Assembly: GCA_024103135.1 (NCBI GenBank)
Contig: JAGFIZ010000047.1
Coordinates: 107 to 64,106, forward strand
DNA length: 64,000 nt
Direction: 5' to 3'
Origin: Bradyrhizobiaceae bacterium
GTDB lineage: Bacteria > Bacteroidota > Ignavibacteria > Kapaibacteriales > Kapaibacteriaceae
How positions within the stretch are numbered: the first letter of the stretch is position 1; each line of letters begins with the position of its first letter. The notes under the pieces were generated by a model. It saw nothing but the letters and a program-made list of their open reading frames with translations, was not told where the DNA came from and made no database searches. Of the stretch, positions 9,240-18,647 are shown piece by piece. The position numbers were made by a program, and so were the translations under genes.

Positions 9240-10342
9240 TTCTTGTCCCCACTATGTTGTCTCGGAAGCGTTAGCAGAGCGCGGATCAATTGCTCGGTAT
9301 CAGCCCTTGAGTCAAAGTCATGGTATGCCGTGGCAGCTACCTGCGTGCCAGCATTCTCCTCAGTTCTACCGTACATCAAGATTGTGGCATAGGTAATCAG
9401 AAGCATGAACTCGAGTCCTAGGGCACTGAGTACGAAACTTGGATCCGTTGCAGGCAAGAATTTTAGTCCTCTGATCCCAATCACAATGATCAGTACGGCA
9501 GCACCCATGTACACAAGACCAAGGATCACATTGCTATACCGGTCGGTGAAGTATTCACGCATGTAAAACTTTACGGCATCGTGCATACGAAGCAGTCTTG
9601 AGGCGCCAGACGAGTTTTTCCAGAGCAAGGCGCGTTGCATGAGCTCCAGTTCGCTGTACCCAATCTTGAATCGATCTGCCAGGTCGTGCAAGCGTCGTGT
9701 ATCAGCACTGGCAATCTCGCGGGCGAGACTCTGCACCTCCTGGTTGCTATGCTCTCCAAACTGCTGTACGGCCAATCGGTCAAGTGCCAGGAGAATCTCG
9801 CGGTCGATCTTCTGTCGTAACAGTCCTTTGGGAAGTAGGACGGTGATCAAGGCGGCCAGGATCGTCCCGCCAACAAATACCAGCGGAGCTAGAGCAATGA
9901 TTGGTTTGAAGATGTATTCGGCATGCGGACGGGACGACTCTGCAAGGCGGGGGTCGGCCAGAGCCCAGGTCGTCATCGGACCCGTTGTAACAAGCTCGGT
10001 AGCTCTGTTCTCGGCAACCTGGTACGTAACAATCGTCCCATCGCTGATGACTTCACTGCGAAGAAAGCCAGAGAAGAACATGTTCAACAGCGGCGATGCT
10101 ATGCCAACAAAAAGAAAACCCATACAGAGCAGACTAAGCACTACGAACGAAAGTCGCTGTGTAGTACTATGGGTGCTTTGCTCAACAACTTGTGATCTGG
10201 AAGTAGCAGTCATGACTAAAGTTAGGAACAATGCCGCTCTTGGAGTCATCATGGCGGACAAGAATTGTTCAAGCACAAGTGAGAGGTATCCTTGTCCGCC
10301 GCTCAATACGGCCGCGTAGTCCAAAGCCCCCTCCCAAATCAA
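9236..10342 (-). CDS. Conserved membrane protein with four predicted TM helices and a ~100-aa cytoplasmic loop. It is translationally coupled to the 4473..9239 gene.
   Basis: TTG start in the track. TM candidates are LSFVVLSLLCMGFLFVGIASPLL, IIALAPLVFVGGTILAALITVLL, VILGLVYMGAAVLIIVIGI and FVLSALGLEFMLLITYATILMY. Its stop overlaps the start of the downstream large gene by 4 nt. I recognise no family. Confidence 0.5.
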   Translation of the reverse strand: MIWEGALDYAAVLSGGQGYLSLVLEQFLSAMMTPRAALFLTLVMTATSRSQVVEQSTHSTTQRLSFVVLSLLCMGFLFVGIASPLLNMFFSGFLRSEVISDGTIVTYQVAENRATELVTTGPMTTWALADPRLAESSRPHAEYIFKPIIALAPLVFVGGTILAALITVLLPKGLLRQKIDREILLALDRLAVQQFGEHSNQEVQSLAREIASADTRRLHDLADRFKIGYSELELMQRALLWKNSSGASRLLRMHDAVKFYMREYFTDRYSNVILGLVYMGAAVLIIVIGIRGLKFLPATDPSFVLSALGLEFMLLITYATILMYGRTEENAGTQVAATAYHDFDSRADTEQLIRALLTLPRQHSGDKK

Positions 10343-10633
10343 TGGCGTTCAAGAGGACTCCATTGTTATCAATAGCAGTAACTTTGTACCCACGGAAGTA
10401 TGGTGCTGCAACCGAGAAATCCGGTCAGCACACCACTTTCCAGGGCGGGAAATATGTAGACAACGCTCATTCGGTTGTAACACGATTCACCTGTTCTCGT
10501 TGAACATTTCATTCATCACGTGGTACGTCTCTGCCAGGGCAATCGTTGACAACACGATTCGTGATGCAAAGCTTTTGCATTGGGTGTAGCCACCGCCGCA
10601 GAGATGCACAGTTCTCATTCGACAACTACCATC

Positions 10634-11050
10634 ATGAACAAACGCACATTACATATCACGGAATTCGATCGCTCACGCTTGCTTGAGCTTATTGCTGTTG
10701 TTAGAGAGTACGGAACTCAAGGTCGTGTTGACCTTGGTGCATTGGCCGACGAGTTACGGAAGGCCGAAACCGTTGCAAGCAAGGAGATACCACCTAACGT
10801 TGTCACCATGAACTCAAAGGTCTTGTTGCGAGACCTTGATACCGACGAAACGATGACCTTTACGTTGGTGTTTCCAAAGGATGCGAACATCGACACCGGT
10901 GCAATCTCCGTTCTTGCGCCAATCGGTACTGCAATCCTTGGATATTCAACGGGTGACGTCATCGAGTGGAAGGTACCATCACGGGTGCGCAAGATTCGCA
11001 TTGAAGAGATCCTCTATCAGCCCGAAGCCGCAGGCGATTACCACCTGTAG
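10634..11050 (+). CDS. rnk: Regulator of nucleoside diphosphate kinase Rnk (GreA/GreB C-terminal-domain family).
   Basis: The protein aligns along its whole length to E. coli Rnk (VVTMNSKV..R.L...E...TLVFPK..........ISVLAPIGTAILGYSTGDVIEW..P........IEEILYQPEAAGDYHL). The start was moved to MNKRTLHITEFD. Confidence 0.8.
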   Translation: MNKRTLHITEFDRSRLLELIAVVREYGTQGRVDLGALADELRKAETVASKEIPPNVVTMNSKVLLRDLDTDETMTFTLVFPKDANIDTGAISVLAPIGTAILGYSTGDVIEWKVPSRVRKIRIEEILYQPEAAGDYHL

Positions 11051-11055
11051 TTGCC

Positions 11056-11496
11056 ATGGGGGTGATTCTTTTACTGCATGTTCTGGGTGCAACGATTTGG
11101 ACTGGCGGACATATCGTGCTCGCTGTTTCCGTGTTGCCTTCAGTCTTGCGTAACAAATCACCAGAGTTGCTCTTGCAGTTCGAACGTCGGTATGAACGCA
11201 TCGGCATGCCTGCACTTCTTGCACAGGTAGTCACAGGGTTGATCATGGCTAATGCCATGTTGGGCGATACGGGGACGTGGTTTGGATTTTCGGATCCGAT
11301 AAGCACATTGGTTTCGATCAAGCTTATTCTACTTATGCTCACGGTTGGTCTAGCGATAGATGCGCGGCTTCGCGTATTGCCGCACCTTTCCGAAAACAAT
11401 CTCGTTGACCTTGCTTGGCATGTTATCCCAGTGACGTTGCTGTCAATCGCCTTTGTCGTAGTCGGCGTGTCTTACCGAACGGGTTGGTTCTACTAG
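11056..11496 (+). CDS. CopD/HemJ-like small polytopic membrane protein (4 TM).
   Basis: The N-terminal helix with conserved His (LLLHVLGATIWTGGHIVLAV) resembles the CopD C-terminal/UPF0093 family. It sits beside the copper-dependent oxidase and Sco genes. Confidence 0.4.
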   Translation: MGVILLLHVLGATIWTGGHIVLAVSVLPSVLRNKSPELLLQFERRYERIGMPALLAQVVTGLIMANAMLGDTGTWFGFSDPISTLVSIKLILLMLTVGLAIDARLRVLPHLSENNLVDLAWHVIPVTLLSIAFVVVGVSYRTGWFY

Positions 11497-11629
11497 AAGT
11501 GCACGTAGGGATCTTCAGAAAGCTGAGGAAACTCAAGTCCTCGCAGCAGCCATTTCCGTTAGAAGTCAGCCACACTCTCAATTTCAAGTCGCATGTTTGC
11601 AAGAACATCAACCACAGCCACGAGTCGTA

Positions 11630-12226
11630 ATGGGTAAGGAGCGAGTACTTGCATTCAGTGATGGCGTGTTAGCTATTGCCATCACGATCATGGTACTAGA
11701 GTTGGAGGTACCAACAACATCAGATCCGCATGCACTGCTGCACGTGCTACCAGTGTTTTTGAGTTACGTGCTAAGCTTCATCTACGTTGGTATCTACTGG
11801 AACAATCATCATCACCTGATGCATAAGGTTGGTCACGTTACTGGTGGAATGCTGTGGGCAAACCTTCATCTTCTGTTCTGGCTCTCATTGTTTCCGTTTG
11901 CAACAGCGTGGATGGGGCAGAATCATTTCGATGCTGCTCCTGCTGCAGTTTATGGCTTCGTCCTGCTTATGGCTGCAATTGCGTATTTGATTCTCAGTAA
12001 CACCATCGTCACTGCTCAAGGCCCACAATCAGAACTGAAGGCAGCCATTGGTTCTGACGTGAAAGGCAAGCTATCGATAGTCCTCTATGCAGTAGCCATT
12101 CCCATTGCCTTATTTATCCCTTGGATTGCAGAGCTTATTTACGCCATCGTTGCAGGCATGTGGCTAATACCCGACCGCAGAATTGAACGAAACATCAAAC
12201 ACACTCACAACACATCGCCACAATAG
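11630..12226 (+). CDS. TMEM175/DUF1211-family potassium channel.
   Basis: Signature RVLAFSDGVLAIAITIMVLEL in TM1, with a second repeat of the 6-TM architecture. The start was taken at the ATG (MGKERVLAFSDG) rather than the track's TTG at 11597. Confidence 0.75.
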   Translation: MGKERVLAFSDGVLAIAITIMVLELEVPTTSDPHALLHVLPVFLSYVLSFIYVGIYWNNHHHLMHKVGHVTGGMLWANLHLLFWLSLFPFATAWMGQNHFDAAPAAVYGFVLLMAAIAYLILSNTIVTAQGPQSELKAAIGSDVKGKLSIVLYAVAIPIALFIPWIAELIYAIVAGMWLIPDRRIERNIKHTHNTSPQ

Positions 12227-12372
12227 GTTGTTGGATAATCGCAAAGTGCTATGCGGTGAATGAGCGTATTTCTTGAGGTTTGGGTGACATCGCATACGTG
12301 ATTGTGGTAAGTTGAGCCACCATGACGCAATTGCGGACATGTTGACGGTCACGTTGATAAAGAAGGTTAGTT

Positions 12373-14268
12373 ATGTCGAGTGGTTCTCACCACAAGCAAG
12401 CTGGGTCGTCACGCTCACAGCAAACCCAAGGACTCGCAGTCTCTCCCGCACTCTCGACCGTAGTTGATGCCGAACAGGTTCCCGCTGAGCGCCAGCCGAT
12501 GGACTTGCGCACGCTTAGAACGTGTCTACTGGCGCTTATCCTTGGTGTTGCTGCTTCGATCCTTGCCTTGCTACTAGTGTGGTTGATAGCATTCGTTACC
12601 AACCTTGCATTCTATGGAAGGATATCCACGGAGTTTGCCTCACCAGCCGCCGCCGTACCAAGTCTAGGACTATGGGTGGTGCTGATTCCTGTCGTGGGCG
12701 GACTCATCGTTGGGGCCATGGCTCGGTATGGGTCAAGGGCAATACGCGGACATGGCATTCCTGAAGCGATGGAGCAGATCCTGACGAACAAGAGTCAGAT
12801 CCCCGCTCGGGTGACCATTCTTAAGCCAGTTTCTTCGGCTGTTGCCATTGGAACTGGCGGACCGTTTGGTGCCGAAGGACCAATCATTGCAACTGGTGGT
12901 GCACTTGGTTCACTCATTGGTCAGATAACGGCATCCACGCCTGCAGAGCGACGTACCCTTCTCGGAGCTGGTGCCGCTGCAGGTATGGCTGCAACATTCG
13001 GGAGTCCCGTCGCCGCCGTATTACTTGCCGTAGAGTTGTTGCTGTTTGAGTATCGTCCTCGCTCGATTATTCCCGTTGCGCTTGCAGCGAGTGCAGCAAC
13101 GGGCATGAGAATAGCCCTTGAAGGTTCCGAGCCAGCATTTCACATGACCAACATTGCACCTGCACCCTTAAGTGCGTTGGCATTCTACATCGTGCTAGGT
13201 GCCTTGATGGGACTGTTGTCAGTTGTGATCACTCGCTCTGTCTACGCTATCGAAGAACAATTCGAAAAACTCCCCGTTCATTGGATGTGGTGGCCAGCCA
13301 TCGGTGCAGTGGTTGTTGGTGTTGTCGGCTTTTTTGCACCCGACACCCTAGGTGTAGGATACTACAACATCTCGAACATCCTGTCGAACAATCTTACCGT
13401 TAGTGCAATTGCAGTCCTCTGTGTGATGAAGTTCATATCGTGGTCGATTGCTCTCGGCAGTGGAACGTCAGGCGGCACGCTTGCACCAATGTTTACGATT
13501 GGTGGTGGGATTGGCGGACTCATTGGTGCAGGAGCAATATTCCTATTGCCTGCTGCGGGGATCGACGTCCGCATTGCCGGGTTAGTCGGCATGGCAGCAC
13601 TCTTTGCTGGAGCCTCTCGAGCATTGTTGGCCTCGGTTGTCTTTGCCTTTGAAACTACGCTGCAACCAATGGCCTTGCTTCCACTGCTTGGTGGTTGCGC
13701 TTCGGCCTACTTGATCTCGTCCATGCTCATGCGCAATACGATCATGACGGAGAAGATTGCACGGCGTGGTGTACAGACACCTAACGAGTATAGCACTGAT
13801 CCGCTCGACCATATTCTAGTTCGCGACGTGGCTACGAAGGACGTAGTTACGATAAGGGCCAATCAGCAGGTTGGTGCAACGCAGGATTGGATGCAAGCCA
13901 ACATGCCGGGGAGCGAACATCAGGGTTACCCACTAGTGAACGACGTAGGGACACTCGTGGGTGTGATCACGAAGAAGGAAATTCAGGAATGTCAGGAAAG
14001 GGGCTATCGCGTTAGCGAGCTTGTGCAGACCCTTCCTCGGTTTGTGTATGACGATTGTACGGTACGCCAAGCAGCGGACCACATGGTTAATCACGATATC
14101 GGTAGACTCCCTGTTGTGAACCGCGAGGGGAAACCACGCCTAGTGGGAATTCTAACAAGGAGCGACATCATGTCGGCCTACCGAAAACGAATCTCCGAGT
14201 ATCAGATGGAGGATGCCTCAAAGAAGATCTTCCCATTTTCAAAACACCAGTCAACCACCCAAGCGTAG
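12373..14268 (+). CDS. ClC-family chloride channel/H+-Cl- exchanger with tandem C-terminal CBS domains.
   Basis: ClC motifs GSGIPE (RGHGIPEAME), GKEGP-like (GAEGPIIATG), GTLAPMF (GxFxP) and a conserved Tyr region. A C-terminal CBS pair is present (VRDVATKDVVTI..., IGRLPVVNREGKPRLVGILTRSDI). Confidence 0.85.
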   Translation: MSSGSHHKQAGSSRSQQTQGLAVSPALSTVVDAEQVPAERQPMDLRTLRTCLLALILGVAASILALLLVWLIAFVTNLAFYGRISTEFASPAAAVPSLGLWVVLIPVVGGLIVGAMARYGSRAIRGHGIPEAMEQILTNKSQIPARVTILKPVSSAVAIGTGGPFGAEGPIIATGGALGSLIGQITASTPAERRTLLGAGAAAGMAATFGSPVAAVLLAVELLLFEYRPRSIIPVALAASAATGMRIALEGSEPAFHMTNIAPAPLSALAFYIVLGALMGLLSVVITRSVYAIEEQFEKLPVHWMWWPAIGAVVVGVVGFFAPDTLGVGYYNISNILSNNLTVSAIAVLCVMKFISWSIALGSGTSGGTLAPMFTIGGGIGGLIGAGAIFLLPAAGIDVRIAGLVGMAALFAGASRALLASVVFAFETTLQPMALLPLLGGCASAYLISSMLMRNTIMTEKIARRGVQTPNEYSTDPLDHILVRDVATKDVVTIRANQQVGATQDWMQANMPGSEHQGYPLVNDVGTLVGVITKKEIQECQERGYRVSELVQTLPRFVYDDCTVRQAADHMVNHDIGRLPVVNREGKPRLVGILTRSDIMSAYRKRISEYQMEDASKKIFPFSKHQSTTQA

Positions 14269-14556
14269 AACTGACGATTTCAATAATCGGGGTTTTCTTT
14301 GCTTTAATCACGAAAAAACCAGATGTTCGCATCCGATTGGTATCAGCGTAGTACCATGGATGAAGATGTTGATGATTGACGGATTCTGCTACGGAACGTG
14401 ATTGAAGGCATTGGTGTAGTTGTAGGAGCGACGCTGATCGAGCTTCGACTTTATGGTATGGTGAACTGTAAACGGAGACCATACTACCGGGCATAAAGCC
14501 GAGTTCTGTGAATACGATGGACACACTTGTTTTCACATTACAGAGGGGACGGCTTT

Positions 14557-15099
14557 ATGTACCTCCAGGATGTAATCTGGACTATTGCTCTTACGGGCAT
14601 GAGTCTGGTAGCACTGGGATTCCTACTCATCATCTTCCGCGCCAGTAAGCAAGCGGATGAAGCAACCAGGGCAGCGTCGAACGCCACTGCCCGAAAGCTC
14701 AAAACATGGATGTTTGGCATCCTGCTGTTGATCTTCGTAAGCGGGAGCTGGGCAACCTTACACGACTACCCGATTGTCTTCCAGGATGGCTCGTCCGGAC
14801 AGCAAGCCGTGACGGTGGTAGGAAGAATGTGGTCATGGGATGTAATCCCCGACACAATTCGGACTGGTGTACCAATTGAGTTTCAGGTTACCAGCGAGGA
14901 TGTGAATCACGGTTTTGCGATCTATGATCCGAACGGACGAATCCTGTCGCAAACCCAGGCAATGCCCGGCTATACGAACCGCCTGCACTATACCTTTAGT
15001 CAGCCAGGTACCTATACGATTCAGTGCCTTGAATTCTGCGGAATGGGGCATGCACCAATGTCGTACCCACTCGAAGTCGTCGCGAAAGGAGGCATGTAG
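14557..15099 (+). CDS. Heme-copper oxidase subunit II (CuA cupredoxin, no cytochrome c domain).
   Basis: Two N-terminal TM helices, then a cupredoxin with CuA ligands: HGFAIYD...CLEFCGMGHAPM (H...CxExCGxxHxxM). The start was moved to the ATG at 14557 (the track start at 14527 is TTG). Confidence 0.75.
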   Translation: MYLQDVIWTIALTGMSLVALGFLLIIFRASKQADEATRAASNATARKLKTWMFGILLLIFVSGSWATLHDYPIVFQDGSSGQQAVTVVGRMWSWDVIPDTIRTGVPIEFQVTSEDVNHGFAIYDPNGRILSQTQAMPGYTNRLHYTFSQPGTYTIQCLEFCGMGHAPMSYPLEVVAKGGM

Positions 15100-15102
15100 T
15101 CT

Positions 15103-16605
15103 ATGGCATCATTGACGCTATATCCCGAAGACGAACGCCTTGTTGGAGCGAGCCGTGTTGCGTTTAACCTTTACATGATTACGGCGATAGGGTTATTCGT
15201 AATTCTGATGATCATTGGGCTTACCATGCGCCTGAGTCAGGCGATGTGGTTCGAAGTGCAGGTAGACCTGTTCTATAAACTCTTGTCCATGCATGGAACA
15301 GGAATGGTAGGTACGGCAGCGCTGTCAACTACCGCCGTGATGTGGTACTTCCTGCGCAAGTACGTGAACCTGCATCTCTGGGCCTTCATTACCAACTACG
15401 TGCTCTTCATGCTGGGAGCCGTGTGCATCATTGTGGCCATCTTTATTGGTGATTATGGTGCCTTGTGGACGTTTCTGTATCCGTTGCCAGTTAACGGTAT
15501 GGGGCTTTGGTCGTCATACACCGCCGCACTATTCATGGCTGGCAACTTGCTAATCGGCGTCGGCAGTTTGTTGTTCTACTTCGACGCAGCAGCAGCGATC
15601 ATCAAGAAACATGGAAACCTTGGTCGAGCCTTAGGGGTGCAGTGGTTGTTCAAGGGCACAATTGATCCCAATCATCCTAAGGCAGTAGTGGCAAGCACAA
15701 TGGTCATCATTGCCAACTCACTTGGCATTCTTGCCGGAGCCGTAGTGCTCGTGATGAGTTTGATCAACGTCTTCTATCCCGACATGCATCTTGATGCATT
15801 GCTTGCCAAGAACCTTACCTACTGGTTTGGTCACATGTACATCAATGCAACCATTTACATGGGTGTGATTGCCGTGTACGAATTGTTGCCCCGATACACC
15901 GGAAAACCATACGCCATATCACGTCCGTTTATCTGGTCTTGGTCGGCAAGTACCTTGTTCGTGATCATCGTGTACCCACACCATCTGATGATGGACTTTG
16001 CACAGCCACAGTGGCTAACGATCATGGGACAGGTGATCTCATGGAGTGCTGGCTTCCCAGTGTTCCTCGTCACCACGTTTGGTGCGCTACAGAACCTTCA
16101 CCGGTCGGGTATCAAGTGGAAGACGCCATCAAGATTTATGATACTCTCGCTCTTTGGTTGGGCAGCAGGCATCGTCCCCGCAATTCTTGATGGAACGGTA
16201 AGAAACAACCTTGTGATGCACAATACACAGTGGGTTCCAGGACACTTCCACTTCTATCTGGTTCTTGGTGTACTGTCCATGGTACTTGCTTTGATGTTTC
16301 ACGTAACAGGCAGTCGTACACAGACTCCACCGAATTCCTCTGCAGACAAGATTGGATTTTCATTCTATCTGATAGGGGGCTTGGTGTTTGTGCTGGCCTT
16401 CCTTGCAGCAGGACACATGAGTGTTGCAAGGCGCATGGCAACACACTTGGAACAATGGATCCCAACCGACAAAATGGGCTCGATTGGCGCGACCATTTTG
16501 ATTCTGGGAATGATCTATTTTGCAGTGCGAATATCAATTGGTTTGCTTCGCTCACCGTCAAGTTCCCAAGCCACAGGTGCAAGCTCTTCGAGTAGTAGTC
16601 AGTAG
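15103..16605 (+). CDS. Heme-copper oxidase superfamily subunit I (divergent, B-family/NOR-like; 500 aa).
   Basis: Subunit-I hallmarks are WFGHMYIN (CuB His region), PHHLMMDF (the HH CuB ligands) and VPGHFHFYLVLG (the HxH haem ligands). It is 3 nt downstream of subunit II. It lacks the canonical GHPEVY/GHPIVY Tyr spacing. Confidence 0.75.
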   Translation: MASLTLYPEDERLVGASRVAFNLYMITAIGLFVILMIIGLTMRLSQAMWFEVQVDLFYKLLSMHGTGMVGTAALSTTAVMWYFLRKYVNLHLWAFITNYVLFMLGAVCIIVAIFIGDYGALWTFLYPLPVNGMGLWSSYTAALFMAGNLLIGVGSLLFYFDAAAAIIKKHGNLGRALGVQWLFKGTIDPNHPKAVVASTMVIIANSLGILAGAVVLVMSLINVFYPDMHLDALLAKNLTYWFGHMYINATIYMGVIAVYELLPRYTGKPYAISRPFIWSWSASTLFVIIVYPHHLMMDFAQPQWLTIMGQVISWSAGFPVFLVTTFGALQNLHRSGIKWKTPSRFMILSLFGWAAGIVPAILDGTVRNNLVMHNTQWVPGHFHFYLVLGVLSMVLALMFHVTGSRTQTPPNSSADKIGFSFYLIGGLVFVLAFLAAGHMSVARRMATHLEQWIPTDKMGSIGATILILGMIYFAVRISIGLLRSPSSSQATGASSSSSSQ

Positions 16606-17194
16606 TCTCGCGGTGCTCCTTCTTGGAGGTAGCACCTTCTGGTATGTAACCGATTCACTCCGTGCATATACGTCAGAGACGGCACGGAGGATTGATGTAG
16701 AAGAACATCCGCGTCCTGTACCTGAGGTTGTGTTGCAAACCTCCTCGGGACAGGACGTTGTGTTTTCGTCGCTGCGTGGACGCTGGGTCGTGGTAGAGTT
16801 TATCTACACACGGTGCATGTCGTTTTGCTTTGCGCAGGGTAGTGAACTCTCCTCAATGCAGGAAACGCTGAAGGAAGGAATCTCAAACAATCGTGTACAG
16901 CTGTTGAGTGTAAGCTTCGACAGGGAGTACGACGTACCGGTACGACTTAAGGCATACCAACAGCGCTACTCAAACAGTACGGAAGGCTGGTTCGTAGCCA
17001 GGCCAGCAACTGACAGTGATTTGCGGACAATGCTTGACGTGTTCTCCGTAGTCGTAATTCCCGACGGCATGGGTGGTTATGTCCACAATGCTGCTATTGC
17101 CGTGGTAAACCCGGAAGGCAAGCTCATCGCCATCCATGATTGGAACAAGGCCGATGACGTAGCGAAGATGATTAACTCACGGTTACCGATATGA
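16520..17194 (+). CDS. SCO1/SenC-family copper chaperone (thioredoxin-like, one N-terminal TM).
   Basis: The CxxxC motif (EFIYTRCMSFCFAQ) and a conserved His region (HNAAIAVVNPEGK). The track start overlaps subunit I by 86 nt. An in-frame GTG near 16613, just after the subunit-I stop, is the more likely start. Confidence 0.7.
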   Translation: MQCEYQLVCFAHRQVPKPQVQALRVVVSSLAVLLLGGSTFWYVTDSLRAYTSETARRIDVEEHPRPVPEVVLQTSSGQDVVFSSLRGRWVVVEFIYTRCMSFCFAQGSELSSMQETLKEGISNNRVQLLSVSFDREYDVPVRLKAYQQRYSNSTEGWFVARPATDSDLRTMLDVFSVVVIPDGMGGYVHNAAIAVVNPEGKLIAIHDWNKADDVAKMINSRLPI

Positions 17195-17757
17195 AGCGCA
17201 CAACTCTGTTAGGGCTTGTAGGCATCGCACTGTGGGTTGTAAACATGTTGCCACCGGTGCGATCGCTAATTGAAACAACGATGACCTCGCAGATGCTTGT
17301 CCAGCTTACCATGCTCACGATGTCTGGTTGGTTTGTTGCGCACCTCGTCCCCCTACATGTGCGCGACCACATTGATCGTTGGAATGCTCAAGGCATTGCG
17401 GGACTTCTTCTGGCAACCGTAACCAGTATGGTGTGGATGTTGCCGCGGATGATGGATAGCTCACTGAGCGATGGGACAATCACTGTAGCGAAGTTTGTCA
17501 CCGTGCCACTACTCATCGGCGTACCACTAGCTCTTAGTTGGCCGTTGATGGGATTTGTCGTTAGAGGCTTCTTCCTTCTGGAGGCAGTAGCCACAGCATT
17601 CCGGCTTGGTTGGCTGTACCTGATCTCTCCGGAGCGGGTATGCGTGAACTATTTGATTGACGATCAGCAAGTACTAGGCATCGTCATGCTCTGCATTGGA
17701 GGGGTGCTCTTTGCATACTTCGGCTGGAAGTTGATGTTCGGCACTATTCGAACATGA
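17191..17757 (+). CDS. Polytopic membrane protein of unknown function. It is translationally coupled to sco and may be an oxidase assembly factor.
   Basis: Four-nt overlap with sco and 5-6 predicted TM helices. The functional suggestion comes only from context. Confidence 0.35.
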   Translation: MKRTTLLGLVGIALWVVNMLPPVRSLIETTMTSQMLVQLTMLTMSGWFVAHLVPLHVRDHIDRWNAQGIAGLLLATVTSMVWMLPRMMDSSLSDGTITVAKFVTVPLLIGVPLALSWPLMGFVVRGFFLLEAVATAFRLGWLYLISPERVCVNYLIDDQQVLGIVMLCIGGVLFAYFGWKLMFGTIRT

Positions 17758-17857
17758 CCGCGATCAACAGAGTGTCGTCGGCGTCGATGATCCATGCAAG
17801 AGTACATCGTACACTCATCTCATTGCATCAGGCAGGGGGCCATGCAGCCCTTGAATG

Positions 17858-18448
17858 TTATCCGTGAACCGTAGGCGTATTACCAAGCCCCTTGACGATG
17901 GCAGCTTCGAACTGACCAAACTCTTCAATGCGCTTACGGACCTGCTCGTGCGGGAAGTACTCCCGAGCAATGTCGGTGTAGGCACGGTAATGTCCAGCCT
18001 CGCTTGCCAGTAGCGAGCGATACATATCACGCATTTCATCTTCCCTAGCATGCTCGGCTAGCAGCGAAAAGCGTTCGCAGCTTCGTGCTTCGATGAAGGC
18101 GCCGACGATCAAGGAGTCCAGCATACGCAGTGGTTCACCCTGCCGGATGTGCGAGTGAAGGGCTTGTGCGTAGGGGTTGCCAGCGTCATGTTCAAGGGTG
18201 AGTCCACGCTTGTCCAGCTCTTCGACTACCATCTGCAAGTGATCGAGTTCTTCCTTTGCCAAGTCGATCATATCGCGAACCAGTCGCGTATGCCTTGGAT
18301 AGCGCGTGATCATCGCCAGAGCAAAGGCCGCTGCTTTTTTCTCGCAAAGGGCATGGTCAAGCAGGATCTCGGTAGGATGGTCGATCGCAACCTCGACCCA
18401 TTGTGGATTGGAGCTGGTCTGTAAGCAAAGCATGGTCAAAACTACCAA
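17858..18448 (-). CDS. miaE: tRNA-(ms2io6A37)-hydroxylase MiaE-like ferritin-fold di-iron protein.
   Basis: ILLDHALCEKKAAAFAL and downstream E/H-rich helices (EELDHLQMV, ARSCERF, EAGHYRAY) fit the MiaE family. The start is possibly at MLCLQTSS. Confidence 0.6.
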   Translation of the reverse strand: MVVLTMLCLQTSSNPQWVEVAIDHPTEILLDHALCEKKAAAFALAMITRYPRHTRLVRDMIDLAKEELDHLQMVVEELDKRGLTLEHDAGNPYAQALHSHIRQGEPLRMLDSLIVGAFIEARSCERFSLLAEHAREDEMRDMYRSLLASEAGHYRAYTDIAREYFPHEQVRKRIEEFGQFEAAIVKGLGNTPTVHG

Positions 18449-18516
18449 TGACTGTACTCGTAGGACTGGTAATCGGCAGACGATGACGTCCGACGTTCTA
18501 CGTCAGGACAGGGGAT

Positions 18517-18543
18517 CGTTTGCAGGTAAGGATGAGTTTTCGT
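18517..18543 (+). promoter_or_regulatory. Bacteroidota-type sigmaA promoter candidate (-33 TTTG, -7 TAGTTTTG) for the Cys-rich regulator and ytfE.
   Basis: TTTGCAGG...(19 nt)...TAGTTTTG matches the TAnnTTTG -7 consensus, ~100 nt upstream of the 18648 start. Confidence 0.35.
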
Positions 18544-18647
18544 AGTTTTGTTCACGAAAAACCAAATAACGGTAGTCGGGACGCCTAGCAAGCTAGGTTG
18601 CACTACGCAAACAGACAAGTCAACACCACGATTTTCACAGAGATCAA

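Noticed and set aside
10343-10579. Near-palindrome TGCAAAGCTTTTGCA upstream of rnk.
   Set aside because: It is imperfect: the arms are offset by one base. It occurs once, and it has no similarity to a known operator. It is not reportable as a site.
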